Positions 48,812 to 61,799 of a DNA stretch of 64,000 bases are shown here, piece after piece. The notes beneath the pieces are model-generated. The model saw nothing but the letters and a program-made list of their open reading frames with translations, was not told the origin of the DNA and did not search any database. The DNA is from Phaeosaccion multiseriatum (lineage: Eukaryota; Protista; Ochrophyta, other classes), in assembly GCA_965112735.1 (NCBI GenBank), contig OZ218964.1:62001-126000 (forward strand). The letters run 5' to 3'. How positions within the stretch are numbered: position 1 is the stretch's first letter; each line of letters starts with the position of its first letter. The position numbers were made by a program, and so were the translations under genes.

Positions 48812-51800
48812 TCAGACCGAGTCCCCTTCAGCTGCTGCTGCTGCTACTGCTGCTGTATCAACAACTGTATCAACAACCTCTGCTGCTGTATCACCAACTG
48901 CTGCTGCTGCGATGCCATTGGTGCCGGAGTCGCGGAAGAGCCTCGCCGCCGGTGACGCTCGTCGCTCCCCTGGGGACGTGGGGGCGGAGATGGACTGTGA
49001 GGTGGTCTCCTCCTCTGGCTCGCTGGAGAGGAGGAGGGAGGGTCGGGATAGGGGTAGGGATGGTGTCGGGGAGCGAGGCAGGAGGGAAGCAAGGGGGGCA
49101 GGCAGTGAAGGCAGTCAAGACTGGAGTGCGGATGTGCAAGCAAGGAATGGTGAGGCGAGTCGCGTGACTTGTTCCCGCGCCGATATGAAGTTACACACAC
49201 ACTACCACTACAGTGAGAGGAAGGTGTCGTCCATGGCTCGTCCTATCTGCTGCTGCCGCTCAGCCGCCTCTCTCCGCCTGGGGATGCGTCCATTCGACTG
49301 TCTTGCTTGGTCCGAGCCTGCCCCTGGCTGCTGCCCTCCCCCCGGACCGCCCCACTGCCCCACCCACTGCCCCTCTCACTCACTCACGTACTCACTCTCT
49401 CACTCAATTCATTCATTCACTCATTCATTCACTCGCTCACTCACTCACACACGCAATCACTCACTCACTCACTCGCTCACTCACTCACTCACTCACTCAC
49501 TCACTCACTCACTCACTCACTCACTCACTCACTCACTCACTCACTCACTCACTCACTCACTCACTCACTCTCTCACTCACTCACGTACTCACTCACTCAC
49601 TCAATTCATTCATTCATTCATTCATTCACTCGCTCACTCACTCACACACGCAATCACTCACTCACTCACTCACTCACTCACTCACTCACTCACTCACTCA
49701 CTCACTCACTCACTCACTCACTCACTCACTCACTCACTCACTCACTCACTCACTCACTCACTCACTCACTCACTCACTCACTCACTCACTCACTCACTCA
49801 CTCACCCACCCACTCACTAGCTCACCCACCCACTCACTCACTCACTCACTCACTCACTCACTCACTCACTCACTCACTCACTCACTCACTCACTCACTCA
49901 CTCACTCACTCACTCACTCACTCACTCACTCACTCACCCACCCACTCACTCACTCACTCACCAATTAACAAAGACGTAGACGCTGTCTCCCTCGCTCACC
50001 GCTACTCCCCTCTCGCCCACCCCCCTTGATCGCTGCGTTTGTCGAAGGACGGTTTCCGAATCTGGATTGATGAAGGCATAAGGGAACTTGCTGGCGCTGG
50101 AGCTCTCGTGCACACGATACAACCCTGCAATGGGGTACGGAGTGTGTCGGAGGAGCAGGAGTCCGGATTAGAGTCAGGGCCAGGTGTGAGGTGTCAGGGT
50201 AAGGGTGGGGGTGAGGGTGACGGTGAGAGTGAGGGTGAGGGTGGTGTGAGGGTGAGTGTGAGAGGTGAGAGTGAGGGGCAGAAGCGGGCAGGAAGAGGGT
50301 CAGCAGAGGCGGAGGCAGAGGGTCCAGCGAGGCAGTACTAAACCGTTAAGACCACACTCACCGATGGCGACTGCTCCAATGTCCAACAGGTACAGGGAGA
50401 GCTCCTTGTATCTGTAGTGCAGACGCGGCCATGGCAGGGATGTCAGGACCGGCAGAGGGGGGGGGGGGGGGCTGAGAGGCGCGGTCATTAGACGCACTCA
50501 TTCACGCCCACGGGTACATTGAGGCAAGTTGTATGGTATCCTGAGCAAGGAGGGAAGGGGGAGACTAAGGGAGGGCAGCCCATCCCCGTATCCACAGAGA
50601 GAAAGAGACAAAGAGTAGTCCGCTGAAGGACGAATCCTTACGTTGGCTCAACGTTGGCCTTCGCGCAGTCCGCAAAGAAGCTCTTGGGAATGCTGACAAG
50701 CTCCAGGACGCCCTGCTAGTTGGTGTGAGGTGTGGGGTGTGAGGTGTCCGGTATGAGGGGGAAGGAAAAGGTGTGAGTGAGGTGTGGCTGGCTGAGGTGT
50801 GAGGTATGAGGTGTGAGGTGCCAGGTGTGAGGGCCAGGTGTTAGGTGTCAGGTGCGAGGTGCCAGGCGTCATGGGGGCCGTCATTGGTTCGTGAGAGAGA
50901 GGGTCGAGGGGGCTGCGAGAGGGTAAGCCCGACCAGGTCGACACACAGGCACTACAGGGCATGTGGTACTCTATAACCCACCTATTCACCCACCATCTAC
51001 CCACCCACCTGTCTCCGGTGCCCGACCTGCCCCTTTGAGTATCGTCCAATGCGTAGGAGAGCCTCCCAGAAGCCTGCAGAAGAGCGAGAGACAAGGATCG
51101 AGGCGCAGGGAGCAAGGCGTGAAACAATTATCGGTCATGACACTTTGTGAGGCGAGAGGCGAGAGGCAAGAGGGTAGAGGCTGCACACATACTTCTCGAC
51201 CGGCCGACCGGTGTGCGGTACTTAGATTAATCAACGAACAGACAGAGCAGACAGAGCAGGCAGCTCTCTCTCTTGTCTCTCTCTCTCTCTCTGTCTCTGT
51301 CTCTCTCCATCTGTCTGTCTCTCTCTCTCTGACTCACGTAGCTCAGAGGCGTTGAAGAGCGTCTGAATAGCGAACACATCCATCGTGCTGTGCGTCATGA
51401 CCCGCCCCGCCGCGTACAAGGGCTGCCAATCGGCCGGTCGGTTGGTCGGTTGGTCGGTCGGTCGGTAGGGTGCCATCGGAGGGTGTGTCGAAGCGGCAGA
51501 GTACAGCGAGCAGGGGCCGGGGGGGGGGGAGGAGCGAAGCCAGTCAACAAGCGGAGTACGTGTCTACCGCAGATAAAGCGTGTCCCTCCCTCCTTCCCTC
51601 CCTCCTCCCCAGGCCCCTCGCTCTATCCCCTCTACGTACCCATCGATACAGCTCGGCTCCTCCGGCACCCCCCCCGCTACTGCTGCCCACATCCCCAAGT
51701 CCGTCGTTGTCATTCTCGTCCCCCCCCTGTCGGAGGAAGTGGATGTTGGCTTCGTCTCTCAGCTCCACCACCTGACGAATCAAATGGTGGCGGGGTACAC

Positions 51801-52857
51801 GAAGGTTGAGTTTTCAGTGTACTAGAAGAATAGGGGGGTTCATGATCCATATGCAGCCACCTTCCTGTCATCAATTACGTGTCAGTCAAGCCAGCAAGCA
51901 AGCAAGCTAGCTGGCTCGCTTCCCCTCACTTCACCTGGTGGACATCCCTGAAGCACTCCCTCTGGTCCATTACGCTCTCTGTGCGCAAGGCAGAAAGCAG
52001 CACGGTCTTGTCTCCAGCAACCTTTTCATCCTCCAAATGCGAGCCTGAGGCTGAGCCTGAACCGGAGTCCGACTCGGAGTCGTCTCCACCGCCACTCTGC
52101 GTTGCGTTTGTGCGTTTTCGTTTGTGACGTATTGTGATGTTACGTGGTGTGTGTGTGTGTAGGCAGACAGGTAGGTAGACGTGGGTGTGCGGGTGTGCGC
52201 GCGTGTTACGTGCCCGTGAGTGGTCAGAGAGGTGTGAGGGTGAGGATGAGGGTGAGGGTGAGCGGAGGGGTAGGCCGGGGGGGGTTGGGCAGCGGGCAGG
52301 AGGAAGCGAAGGGTGTAGACTATGGAGCTAAGCAATCAATGACCGGTGACCGGCTAGAACCCCCCTGGAGCTGAGAAGGCTCCAACGCTTCCAAACATGT
52401 CCATCGACTGCCATCCATCCATCAAGGACCCGGCCATTCCACCCCCAGCTCCTCCCCCCTCCTCACCTGTCGCTGCATGTACAGCACACAGTAGGCCCTG
52501 CCAAGGCCACACCTCTGCAGAATGGTCATGCTCGTGGCGCTGCCCTCCTGCAGCCAGATGTCGCGTGTGTACTTGGCTCTGTGCGGTCGGTGAGACACGA
52601 GCGACTGAAGTCGGCCCATCACCGCCGAGAAGCGCTCTCTGCGAGGAGAAGGACCCGGGGGGGAGGAAGGGGTCCAGGGGGGGCGACAGGGAGGAGGTAG
52701 TACGGAGTCAGGACCACGTGAGTGTGTGTGAGAGAGTACGTTGCGTGCGTGCGTGCGTGCCGCACAGGAGGGTAGGGGACGGGGGAGGTAGAGACTCATT
52801 CCAGCAGAGGAGGAAGGCACACGCACATACACACACGCACACGCACACACACAATCA

Positions 52858-52905
<48 letters not shown>

Positions 52906-55544
52906 GGTCCTTGTCCACGACGATAATGGGCCTCGTGCAAGCGCTGCGGAGAGGGGCGAGGAAGTACTCGGCGTTCTCTGCAAGGCCACAGAGCACGATA
53001 TGGCCCGACATGTCTCCGGGGGGGGAGCTGTTGAACCAGCCCTCGTCCAGCACCGCGCTCAGCGTGAGACGACCCGTACGTGTGGCCTGAATGGGATTTA
53101 ATGAAATGTGGAGGGGCAGGCAGGGGGGAGGGGAGGAAGGGGAGGGGGAGGGGGAGCGGTTGAGGCAAGTAGGGGAGGGGGTTGGGCATGGGGTGGGGGT
53201 GGATGGGGACGGAGGGGGAGAGAGAGGCGGGGGGGTGGCGGAGAGAGAGAGAGGGAGAGGAAGAGAGGGGCACACCCAAAGAGAGAGAGAGAGAGAGAGG
53301 TGGAGGTGGAGGGGAGGGCCGAGGCCGAGCGGCGCAAAAAGGAGCGGCTTCGGCTCTGGGGGAGGAGGGTCACCATAGTCACAGTCACCGACATCCTGTA
53401 GCGGAAACTCTCGCCCACCTGCAGCGACTCCTCGTCGGGGCTCTCCGCGCTGGTGTCAGGATCTTCCCTGCCGTCTGTGGACCGCTGGCGGGAAGAGGTG
53501 GGCCTACTTCCCCGGTGGGCGGTGACGGAGGAGAGAGGACGGCGCATGAGTGGAGAGGAGGGGGGGGGGGAGGGGAGAGAGACAACGCGTGAAAGGGAAG
53601 ACAGCGGGAGAAGGCACTGTATGTGGATTGATGCAGAGGATGGATGGCAGTGGATGGATTGAAGTACAAGGGCGGCTGAGGCTCTGTGTTGGGTGGCTCA
53701 ACGCGTGCCTGTAACGGTCTGTTACGGTGGGTGGCTGCTGTTCTTACTCACCTGGGGCTGGGGCCGGGGCTGTTGCTCAGGCTTGGGCTGGAGAATGACT
53801 TTGCTGAGGAAGAGGCCAACAGGGCTTGCCTGGGCATGATAGGTACAGGTAGGGGAGGAGGAAGGGACGGGCAACCACCGCAAGACGATGGACATTGAAG
53901 AGGGAGGAGGAGAGTGGGGGATGGGGAAAAGGACTGAGGACGGCGACCGCGGCGGCGCGCATGTGTGTGCGCAGTGTCATGGGCGGCACTATTCCATCCA
54001 CTGCCATCCACTGGCGTTCGTTTCAGCCGAGCCTTACCTCGCATCTCTTCTGCTCTGCTCGTTGCTCATGCTTGCCCCCTCCTGCAGAGAGGAAGCGCGA
54101 TTCAGGTGCATGGGTGTGTGTGGGTGCGTGTGCGTGTGTGTGGGCGTTTGGGTGCGTGTGTGGGTGCGTGTGTGCGGGCGTGGATGCGTGGGTGATGATG
54201 CAACGTAAGAGACAGAGAAGGACTCGTCCAAAGGCGGCATTGCGTGGGGCAACGCCAGAGAGCGCTCCTGTCTCCTTTCCCTTTACTTGCACCCCGTCAC
54301 CCGCGCTCGCTCGTACGCGTACTACTATGACTACGGTTGCGCACTCCCCCACTCACCTCCAAGGAGCGCGAGGGGGACAGAGCAGAGCACTGAGCGCCGT
54401 AGCTGGCCGGGAGGAACGTAGTGGGCTGACCCATCCAGGAGGAGGGGGGGGCGCTGGTGGTGGAAATGAGGTCGTCCTCTCCCAGCCCCTGCTGCTGTAT
54501 CACCAACTCGTCTGCCTCCATACCGTGACCATTCCCATTGCTACTGCCGAAGTAGCGCAGACCGATGGCAGCCAATGTCTTGAGCACTTGCATCTTATCC
54601 CTGGCGACTACATAGAGCCCCACACAGTCCGCATCGAAGCGGAAGCTGTCGTCTGGACAGATGAGCGTCTCGAACGTCCTCGCGAGCCCCGGGGCGGGGC
54701 AGCGGCCTTCCTTGCTCCTGCCCTCCTTCTCGTTCTCATTCTGATTAGGAACGTTCTTGGCCGCCCCCTCTCCTCCTGTTAATACTGTTGGTGATCCACT
54801 CGTCGTCGCCACCTGAACACCGACGAGCACGCAGCCGCCCTCGCTCTCTCTCGACACCACCTCCACAGCGGTGGAGAAATCAAGCTTGGTGTCGTTGTTG
54901 CCGGGGCTTAGATTGATGGTGGCGGCCATGCCCTCCGCGGTCGAGTCGCCCGAGCCAAAGGGGGCTCTACGGTGCCTCTGGCGCAGCCTCTGCAACACGT
55001 TAGTGTGGTCCTTGACGTTGTAGAGCTCAAAGTCGGCACCGGAGACAAACTCCTTGAGCCAGGTAGGGCCCTCTGAGACGGCGGGGTCGGCCTTAGGAGG
55101 GAAGGAGGGAGGGAGGGAGGGAGGGAGACGGCAGCCAGTCATTTAGGCATTTAGTCATTCAGTCATCTCGTCATTCATCAAGGCGGCTGTGTGCTTGAGC
55201 TATGTGTGTGTATGTGTGCATGCATGCACGTGCACCCCCCTACCCCTCCCTCCTCACCTCCACACCCTGACTGTTGCTTCTCAGGAGCGTGGTGGCGAGG
55301 CTGAGGAACCCTTTGCAGTGCGTGCCGTACGCCATCATGCCAAGCTTCATCTCCTCCACACACATCACATGATTGATGTCCGACTCGTGCAGCAGGGAGG
55401 CCGGCCAGCCAAAGCCGCTGCCAGGGCCGTTGGAGTGGCCGGTGCCTACGAGCATGAGTTGGGCGGTGTTCTTGCGCTCTCCAAGAGGCTGCAAGTGGCT
55501 GGCGCTGCCCATCAGGCCCTAAGTAGTGATGCAGTCAGTCAGTC

Positions 55545-55576
<32 letters not shown>

Positions 55577-58500
55577 AGTCAGTCAGTCAGTCAGTCAGTC
55601 AGTCAGTCAGTCAGTCAGTCAGTCAGCCAGTCAGTCTGTCACTGTCAGTCAGTCGGAACGAACGGGAGGTCACCCAAGAGCGAGCAGCAGCAAGGACAAG
55701 AGCACAAAGATACGAAGGCATGAAGGACCGCGGAGCTGATGCGGAGGGGAGGGGAAGAGAGTGAAGCGCCCCTCTGGCCGTGAAGGATTGTGCCGTTGAA
55801 AACGAGACTAAATACCTTCCTTGCTGACTTACCTTCGCCACGAAGCGACCGCTGCCGAAGGTCGTGGCATCTGCCAGGGCCTTGCGAGAGGGACATGGAG
55901 AAGCAGAGGGCGAGGCGGGAGGCGTCTTCATTGACATGGCGGCCATCACCAAGGCAGCGTCACCAGTTGTTGCTCCTGCGGCCTCGGCAGGCAGGATCAT
56001 GGACTGCGTGTATTGCTGCATCCCGCCTGTTTGGAGGGAGGTTTGCGGGGTGGTATGTGTGTGTGTGTGTGTGAGAGGGAGAGAGAGAGAGAGAGAAGAA
56101 AGCGATAGACAGAGAAAAAGAAACAAGAGAGAGACAGCAGAAACAGAGGGAGGAGAAGCACCATCCCATCGACTGTCCTTCCTCTCCTTTCTCACCGTTC
56201 GCACGCACACACACACAGACACGCACACACGCACATACATACTCCCTCCCCCCCCTCCCTTACCGACAGAGCGCTGCACCCTCCTCAAGAGGCTCTCCAC
56301 TTGCACCTTGCTCTGCAGCGTCTGAGTTGCCACCACCATGCGCCCGGGTAGCCCCTGGGGAGTTGGAGTTATGGGCTTCGAGGCTGAGTTTCAGTTTCAG
56401 CTTATTGGAAATCACCAACGCTTGTGCAACGCACTCACCTCGCTGATAGTGGTCACGTGCGCCCACGCCACGGGGTCCCTCTCAGCTCGCTCGATGAACC
56501 GCTTAACGCTGCAGGCAGTCAGATACACCTGGGGGAAGGTGTATGGATCAGGAGTTCGAGTGTTTGTGTGTCGAGACGTTCGGCACTGACATTTATCGAC
56601 AACTTTTACCAACACTTTCAGTTTGGGGCCTCTGAAGTCCTCATCCAAAGCAATGCCACACCCTCTTGATTGCCGTACCATTAGATAAGGTTTCCGACTA
56701 AAACTGAAACGGAAACTGAAACTGGAACTGGAACTCAAACGGAACACACACACCACACACCTCGTCGGCGCTCATGCGTTGGTCGGGGTCCAGCACGAAG
56801 GTACAGTTGGCGTACTGGGTCTTGACCGCCGCAAGGTCCTGGGAGGGGGAGGGGGAGGGGGTGAATCACCAACATGTGAGGGCGGGCTGGGTGGGTGGAT
56901 CGGTGGGCGAGTGGGTGAGGGTGAGTGGGATGTGGGGTAAAGGTGAAAGGGGTGAAGAGGAGTAAAGGGGGGACCAGAAGGAACCATGAGCGAATCGACA
57001 GCGCGAGGCTTATCCTCCTCGGTGGTGCGACACCCCTCCTCCTCCTCCTCCTCCTCCTCCTCCTCCTCCTCCTCCTCCTCCTCCTCCTCCTCCTCCTCCT
57101 CCTCCTCCTCCTCCTCCTCCTCCTCCTCCTCCTCCTCCTCCTCCTCCTCCTCCTCCTCCTCCTCCTCCTCCTCCTCCTCCTCCTCCTCCTCCTCCTCCTC
57201 CTCCTCCTCCTCCTCCTCCTCCTCCTCCTCCTCCTCCTCCTCCTCCTCACCTGAGTGCTCCAAGGGTTTCCTACATAGTACTGCACCACCCCTCGGTACT
57301 CCGCCCCGCTCAGCAGTAGCTTCACGTCTTCGCTCTGCGCCTCGGGAGAGAGCACCACGGCCCTCAAGAGGCTCTGAGAGGTCCTTGTGGAGTGGTTCTC
57401 ATGGAACAGCTCGGTGAGGATACGGGAGAGGGAGGCGGCACGGAAGTAGCCCACGAGAACCACATGGTACGTGTTGAAGCGCTGATAGGGAGCAGGTGGT
57501 TGTGCACAGCAGTTGTCAGTTGTTGTCAGCTATCAGCAGAGAGAGAGAGAGTCAGGCCTACACACACCCCCCTGTCCTGACAGCCCGCCCTGACAGCCCC
57601 TGTCTTGACACTCACAAGGTCGTAGGGCTGCTTGTTGGGCGGGCGGGCAAGGGCGGCTTCCACGACCCCCGAGATCTGAAACGGGAATACCGTCAGAGCC
57701 ACCACGATGATGGCCACGATCAACACCTGGGGTCAGGACAAGGGGTCAGGGGTGTCGGGACAAGGGGAAATGGGGCCAAGGATGTCAGGACAGCAGATGG
57801 TCTGCAGCACTGGCACTGGGCACTGCCCCTTGGCACTGCTCCTCTTGTGCTCTTTCGTTGAGGTGTGACCCTTCCTCTATGCTTCTCACCTTGGATACCA
57901 CGATAGAGGGGGACACATCTCCATAGCCCACCGTACTCAGCGTTACAACCTGGGGTGGGGCATACACGGCATATAGGCAGGAGGGTGAAGATTCAATCTA
58001 CAAACAGTCTACAATTACGGTCGAGTAGGTCTACAAGAACTGTCGAGTATGGGAAGGGAAGAAAGAAGCGGGAAAGTGCGGCAACAAGGGAGGGAGGGAA
58101 CCACACGTACGCACGCACATACGCACGCACGCACGGACGCCCACACACACACACACGCACATGCACACACGCACATCCGTTCACCACTGCCTTACCACAA
58201 AGTAGAAGGAGTCGAACCACGTCATCTCGTCCACAGTGAAGGCGCTGGGGAACTCCACCCACACCGCGTACACCACCCCTGTGGCCATGAAGATTAGGAA
58301 CAGCAGGGAGAGCCCGAGCTGGATGATCCTGGAAGAGGAAGGATCATAGAGAGAGAGGAGAGGAGGGGGGAAATGCAGTATACGGGTGACCTCCCCACTG
58401 CGGACGGATGGAGCCAGCCGAAGGTAGCAGCAATAGCACCGATCACTACACTACTTTGCAACCTACTGAAGCTTAATCCATTCAAGCCTCAAAATATCAA

Positions 58501-60229
58501 AGCGTCACATCGTCAAGCGTCAAGAGGTTATGTCATATCCCGTCAAGTCACCTGAGCTTGAGTAGCTGGTCGGTGGCGCTGTTATCGAACACACCCACGA
58601 GCTGAATGGCCTTGTACAGACGGAAGATGCGAGCGGCTTTTAACAGCCGCAGCAGACGCAGTGACTTGAGCAGGGACTCTGCCGGTGAGTTGTTGAGGCT
58701 GTCGGGTGCCATCTGATTGATGAGGACGGGGAGGACAGGGGAGATGGAGAGGAGGTCGACGAGCCCCTCTCGGCTGAGCATGTACTCTATGGCGGAGGGG
58801 GCCACGCTCACAGTCATGAGGTACTCCAGCAGGAACACGCCTGAGGGGGGGAGGAGAACGCGGGAGGGGAGGAGGATAGGGGGAGGGGTGGGAGCAAGGG
58901 GCATGAAATGGCGTGAGTACGAAGCGTGTGCGTAGGGGGGGGTGTGCACGTGGGTGTTTGTGTGTGTGCGTGTGTGTGCATGTGTTTATGAATGTGTGTG
59001 TTTGTGTGTGTGTGTGCATGTATATACGTGTGACCAACAGCAGCATGAAGCATGGTCCGTCCCAACTGGCCACGCAACCAACCAACCAAGCGAAGCACCA
59101 ACCTGCGAAGACGTACTCAAGGATGGCAAATGTCTTGGCCTCTGAGCTGTAATCGCCGGTATAGTACGTCTCCACCACGTAAGACACGCAGCTCAGCACC
59201 GTGAAGAGAACGAGCAGCATCTGTAACGTATTGTTTTGGAACCACGCGCGGCCGAATTGACGCATCAAATCCACGAAGCCGCCCACGAAGCGCCTGCGAA
59301 AGAACCACCGGTGCTATGGAGGGAGAACAAGGCGAGGAGGGATTGACCAAGTCAGTTCGACTTCACATGCAGAGATCTTTCTTGCGCTACCCCCCCAGTT
59401 CCCTTCCCTTCCCTTCTCTGTCACACAGTTCAGAATAATATAAAAAATAATTATCGTGATCCGATGTCGTGCCCGGAGCGAAGATCCTCTCCTATGCCCG
59501 CTGCCACTTGCTCTCACCATTCTGCTCTGCATCTTGTAGGTGATGGTGGTGGGGGGCGCCACCATGCTGCTCCGGCGTCGTCCTTGCTGGTGCTGCAGTA
59601 CCTGTACCCACCACGCAAGAGGTAACAGCACACACAGCACGACGCGACAGGACGAGGGGTGGATGAGAGCCGTGCGGCCGCATATGGACGCTATCGCTGG
59701 TCGGAGGGCTGGGTAGTCTAGTAGTAGCAGTGCTCACTAGCGAGCGGTTCTCATGCAACGCAACGAGTGAACTCACTCACCTTCTCCTCCGCAGCGACTG
59801 ACACGTTTCTCTCGATTCTCCGAGCTTCCCTCTCCTCTCTGTTGCCCACAATTTCCGTGAGTATGTGCCTCCTGCTCGTTCAAAGTCAGACATAATTCCG
59901 TTCAGCGGTGCTCAGTCAGTCAGTGTTCAATTCCGGCGGCAAGGACTGCATGAGACAAACCATGTCCCAGACCCACACTTCACCGACCTTCCGAGCCCAC
60001 TGCTCTTTCTCCTGTTAGTGGCGGCCAGTGCTTCGCCAAAGCTTGACCGGGCTGCGGTAGCAGCGGTAGCCTCGCCACCAGCCGCCTCAGAGGAGGCAAG
60101 CAGGGGGGAATGCGGGTCCCTCGGAGGAGAGGGCGGGCTCTCTCCAGCAGCACCGGACGTGCTGTGGTGGTGCTGGCCCACGTATCCGAGCCGGCCCTCC
60201 GCATCTTCTGTAGAAGGATGGAAAGACAT
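48812..60229 (-). CDS. Slo/BK-family potassium channel (6TM voltage-sensor/pore + two RCK domains), more than 20 exons
   Basis: S1-S3 (LLVLFTVLSCVSYVVETY..FLLEY..VDLLSI), S4 LKSLRLLRLLKAARIFRLYK, pore WFDSFYFV|VVTLSTVGYGDVSP, RCK1 HVVLVG..ELFHE..YYVGNP..DL, VMCVEEMKLGMMA..WLKEFVSG..E, RCK2 GHIVLCG..FLAPLRS, Ca-bowl-like VELRDEANIHFL, and PLYAAGRV. Both termini are inferred. Confidence 0.93.
49375..49960. repeat. About 580-bp (CACT)n microsatellite in a BK intron; reads (GTGA)n on the sense strand; contains an internal higher-order duplication
   Basis: Directly visible. The interruption block 'cacgtactc..caattcattc..cgctc..acacgcaat' occurs twice (about 49385-49458 and 49582-49655). Confidence 0.98.
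55532..55653. repeat. (CAGT)n microsatellite ending next to a BK splice acceptor
   Basis: Directly visible; on the minus strand (CTGA)n stops about 11 nt before the AG at 55519-55520. Confidence 0.97.
57034..57248. repeat. Perfect (CCT)n/(GAG)n trinucleotide tract of about 70 copies, intronic
   Basis: Begins immediately at the donor GTGAG (57250, minus strand) of a BK intron. Confidence 0.98.
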
Positions 60230-60793
60230 AGCTAGCTGGCGTGGAAGTAGTCACGAGGTCTCTTTTCTCCCCCCTCCCCTGGATCTTCTTTGTCCCTCAG
60301 TCCTCTCCAACTCCCGTGACGTTCCTCTGACCACCCTGCAAGCACATGGGAAAGCCTACCCCACAACGGGATGGGCGCCGATAGAAGGTAAGTCCTACCC
60401 CACCAGGTGGGTTTGTTCGCGGCTCACGCTCTAACTGGGAAGGAGAGAGAAGCGGAGGGCAACACACAACGCGGTTTTTTTGTACGTGTGAGTCGATATT
60501 TTTTCGCGTGACAAATGTAACTGCCATTTTGCTGACTTACCAGGGATTGGCGGGAGATGATTTCGGGAGAAGGCCCATGGATTTTTCATCTTTCACGATG
60601 CTCCAAGAACACCACCAAGAACTCGGTGGAAGGAGAGGGCTCACAGGAGAACAGCCGAGAACATAAGCAACTTCAAGCCACTTCCCCCTCAAGCAGTAGC
60701 CTCCCTTCACAACACAACACACCTTCTCCTTTTTAAAAAGCAACAACAAGCATCAACAAAGAAAAGAGGGGGAGAAAAAATCAGACAGACAGC

Positions 60794-61753
60794 ATGGCCA
60801 ACAACACCATGCTCGTGAAGCTGGAGCTCGACGGCGAGCTGCGCCTGGTGGAAGGAACCGACTTGGAGCTCATCGACAACTTGTACGTCCGCATCGAGAA
60901 GGCATTCCCCCATCTCCACGGCGGAGGAGGAGAGGAAGAGGCCACCGTCCCGCCCACCCTCACCTTCGTCGATAGCGACGGAGACGTAGTTACTATCCGG
61001 ACTTCTGCTGAGCTGGCAGCTGCCTTCAGGTACTTGAGCCTACATAGTATCCCAAGTCATGTCAAGCTCCGCTGCTGCTGTCGGTGGTCCGCTCCTCCGC
61101 TCCTCCGACAGCTGACTGTGCCGACCTGCTGTGCTCTTCCCCTCATCCTCCCCCCTCGCTTCTCCATCTCCTCTCTACTGAACTCCACAGAGACGCCGGC
61201 AAGAAGACCCTCAAGCTCAAGATCAACCCTTCGCCCTATCCTCGGACGACCACACCCGTCACCCCCGCCACCCCCACTGCTCCTACCGCCTCCAAGCAGC
61301 CCCCCTCCAGTAGCAGCGAGCCCGCCACATGCACCGGCGCCGCCCCCATAGGGCACCAGCAGGCCGCCCAGTCCACGGGCGCCGAGGCTGACACTCCTCC
61401 TTCTCCTCCTCCTCCTCCTCCTCGTGCTGCCTCTGCCAGTGGGGGTCTCGGGGGCTTTGCCGACATCTTCCAGGCCCTCATGGGAGGAGGAGGAGGGGGG
61501 GGGGGGCGGGCAAGGGGGAGATACCCTTCTTCCCGACCTTATGGCTTCCTTCACGGCGGCGGCTACGGCTGCGGCTACTGCGGCGGCCGACGCTGCTCCC
61601 GATGCCTCCAAGCAGCAGCAGCAGCAGCAGCCGCCCTCTACTGGTGCAGGAGCAGGAGGAGCAGGAGGGGCCCGTGGAGCCTGCTCCTTCCCCGACATGA
61701 TGGAGCACATCGCCGCCGTCATGGCCGCCACTTGCGACCCCAACCAGCCCAAC

Positions 61754-61799
<46 letters not shown>

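Noticed and set aside
48698-48955. Cys-rich metallothionein-like plus-strand ORF
   Set aside because: Antisense reading of GCA-rich codons in the last BK exon.
49213-50029. Long ORFs of (THSL)n
   Set aside because: They are translations of the (CACT)n microsatellite, antisense to a BK intron.
56772-57417. Poly-E, poly-R, poly-S and poly-L ORFs
   Set aside because: The (GAG)n tract starts at a GT donor and is intronic; the flanking exons join as GNPWSTQ|DLAAV.
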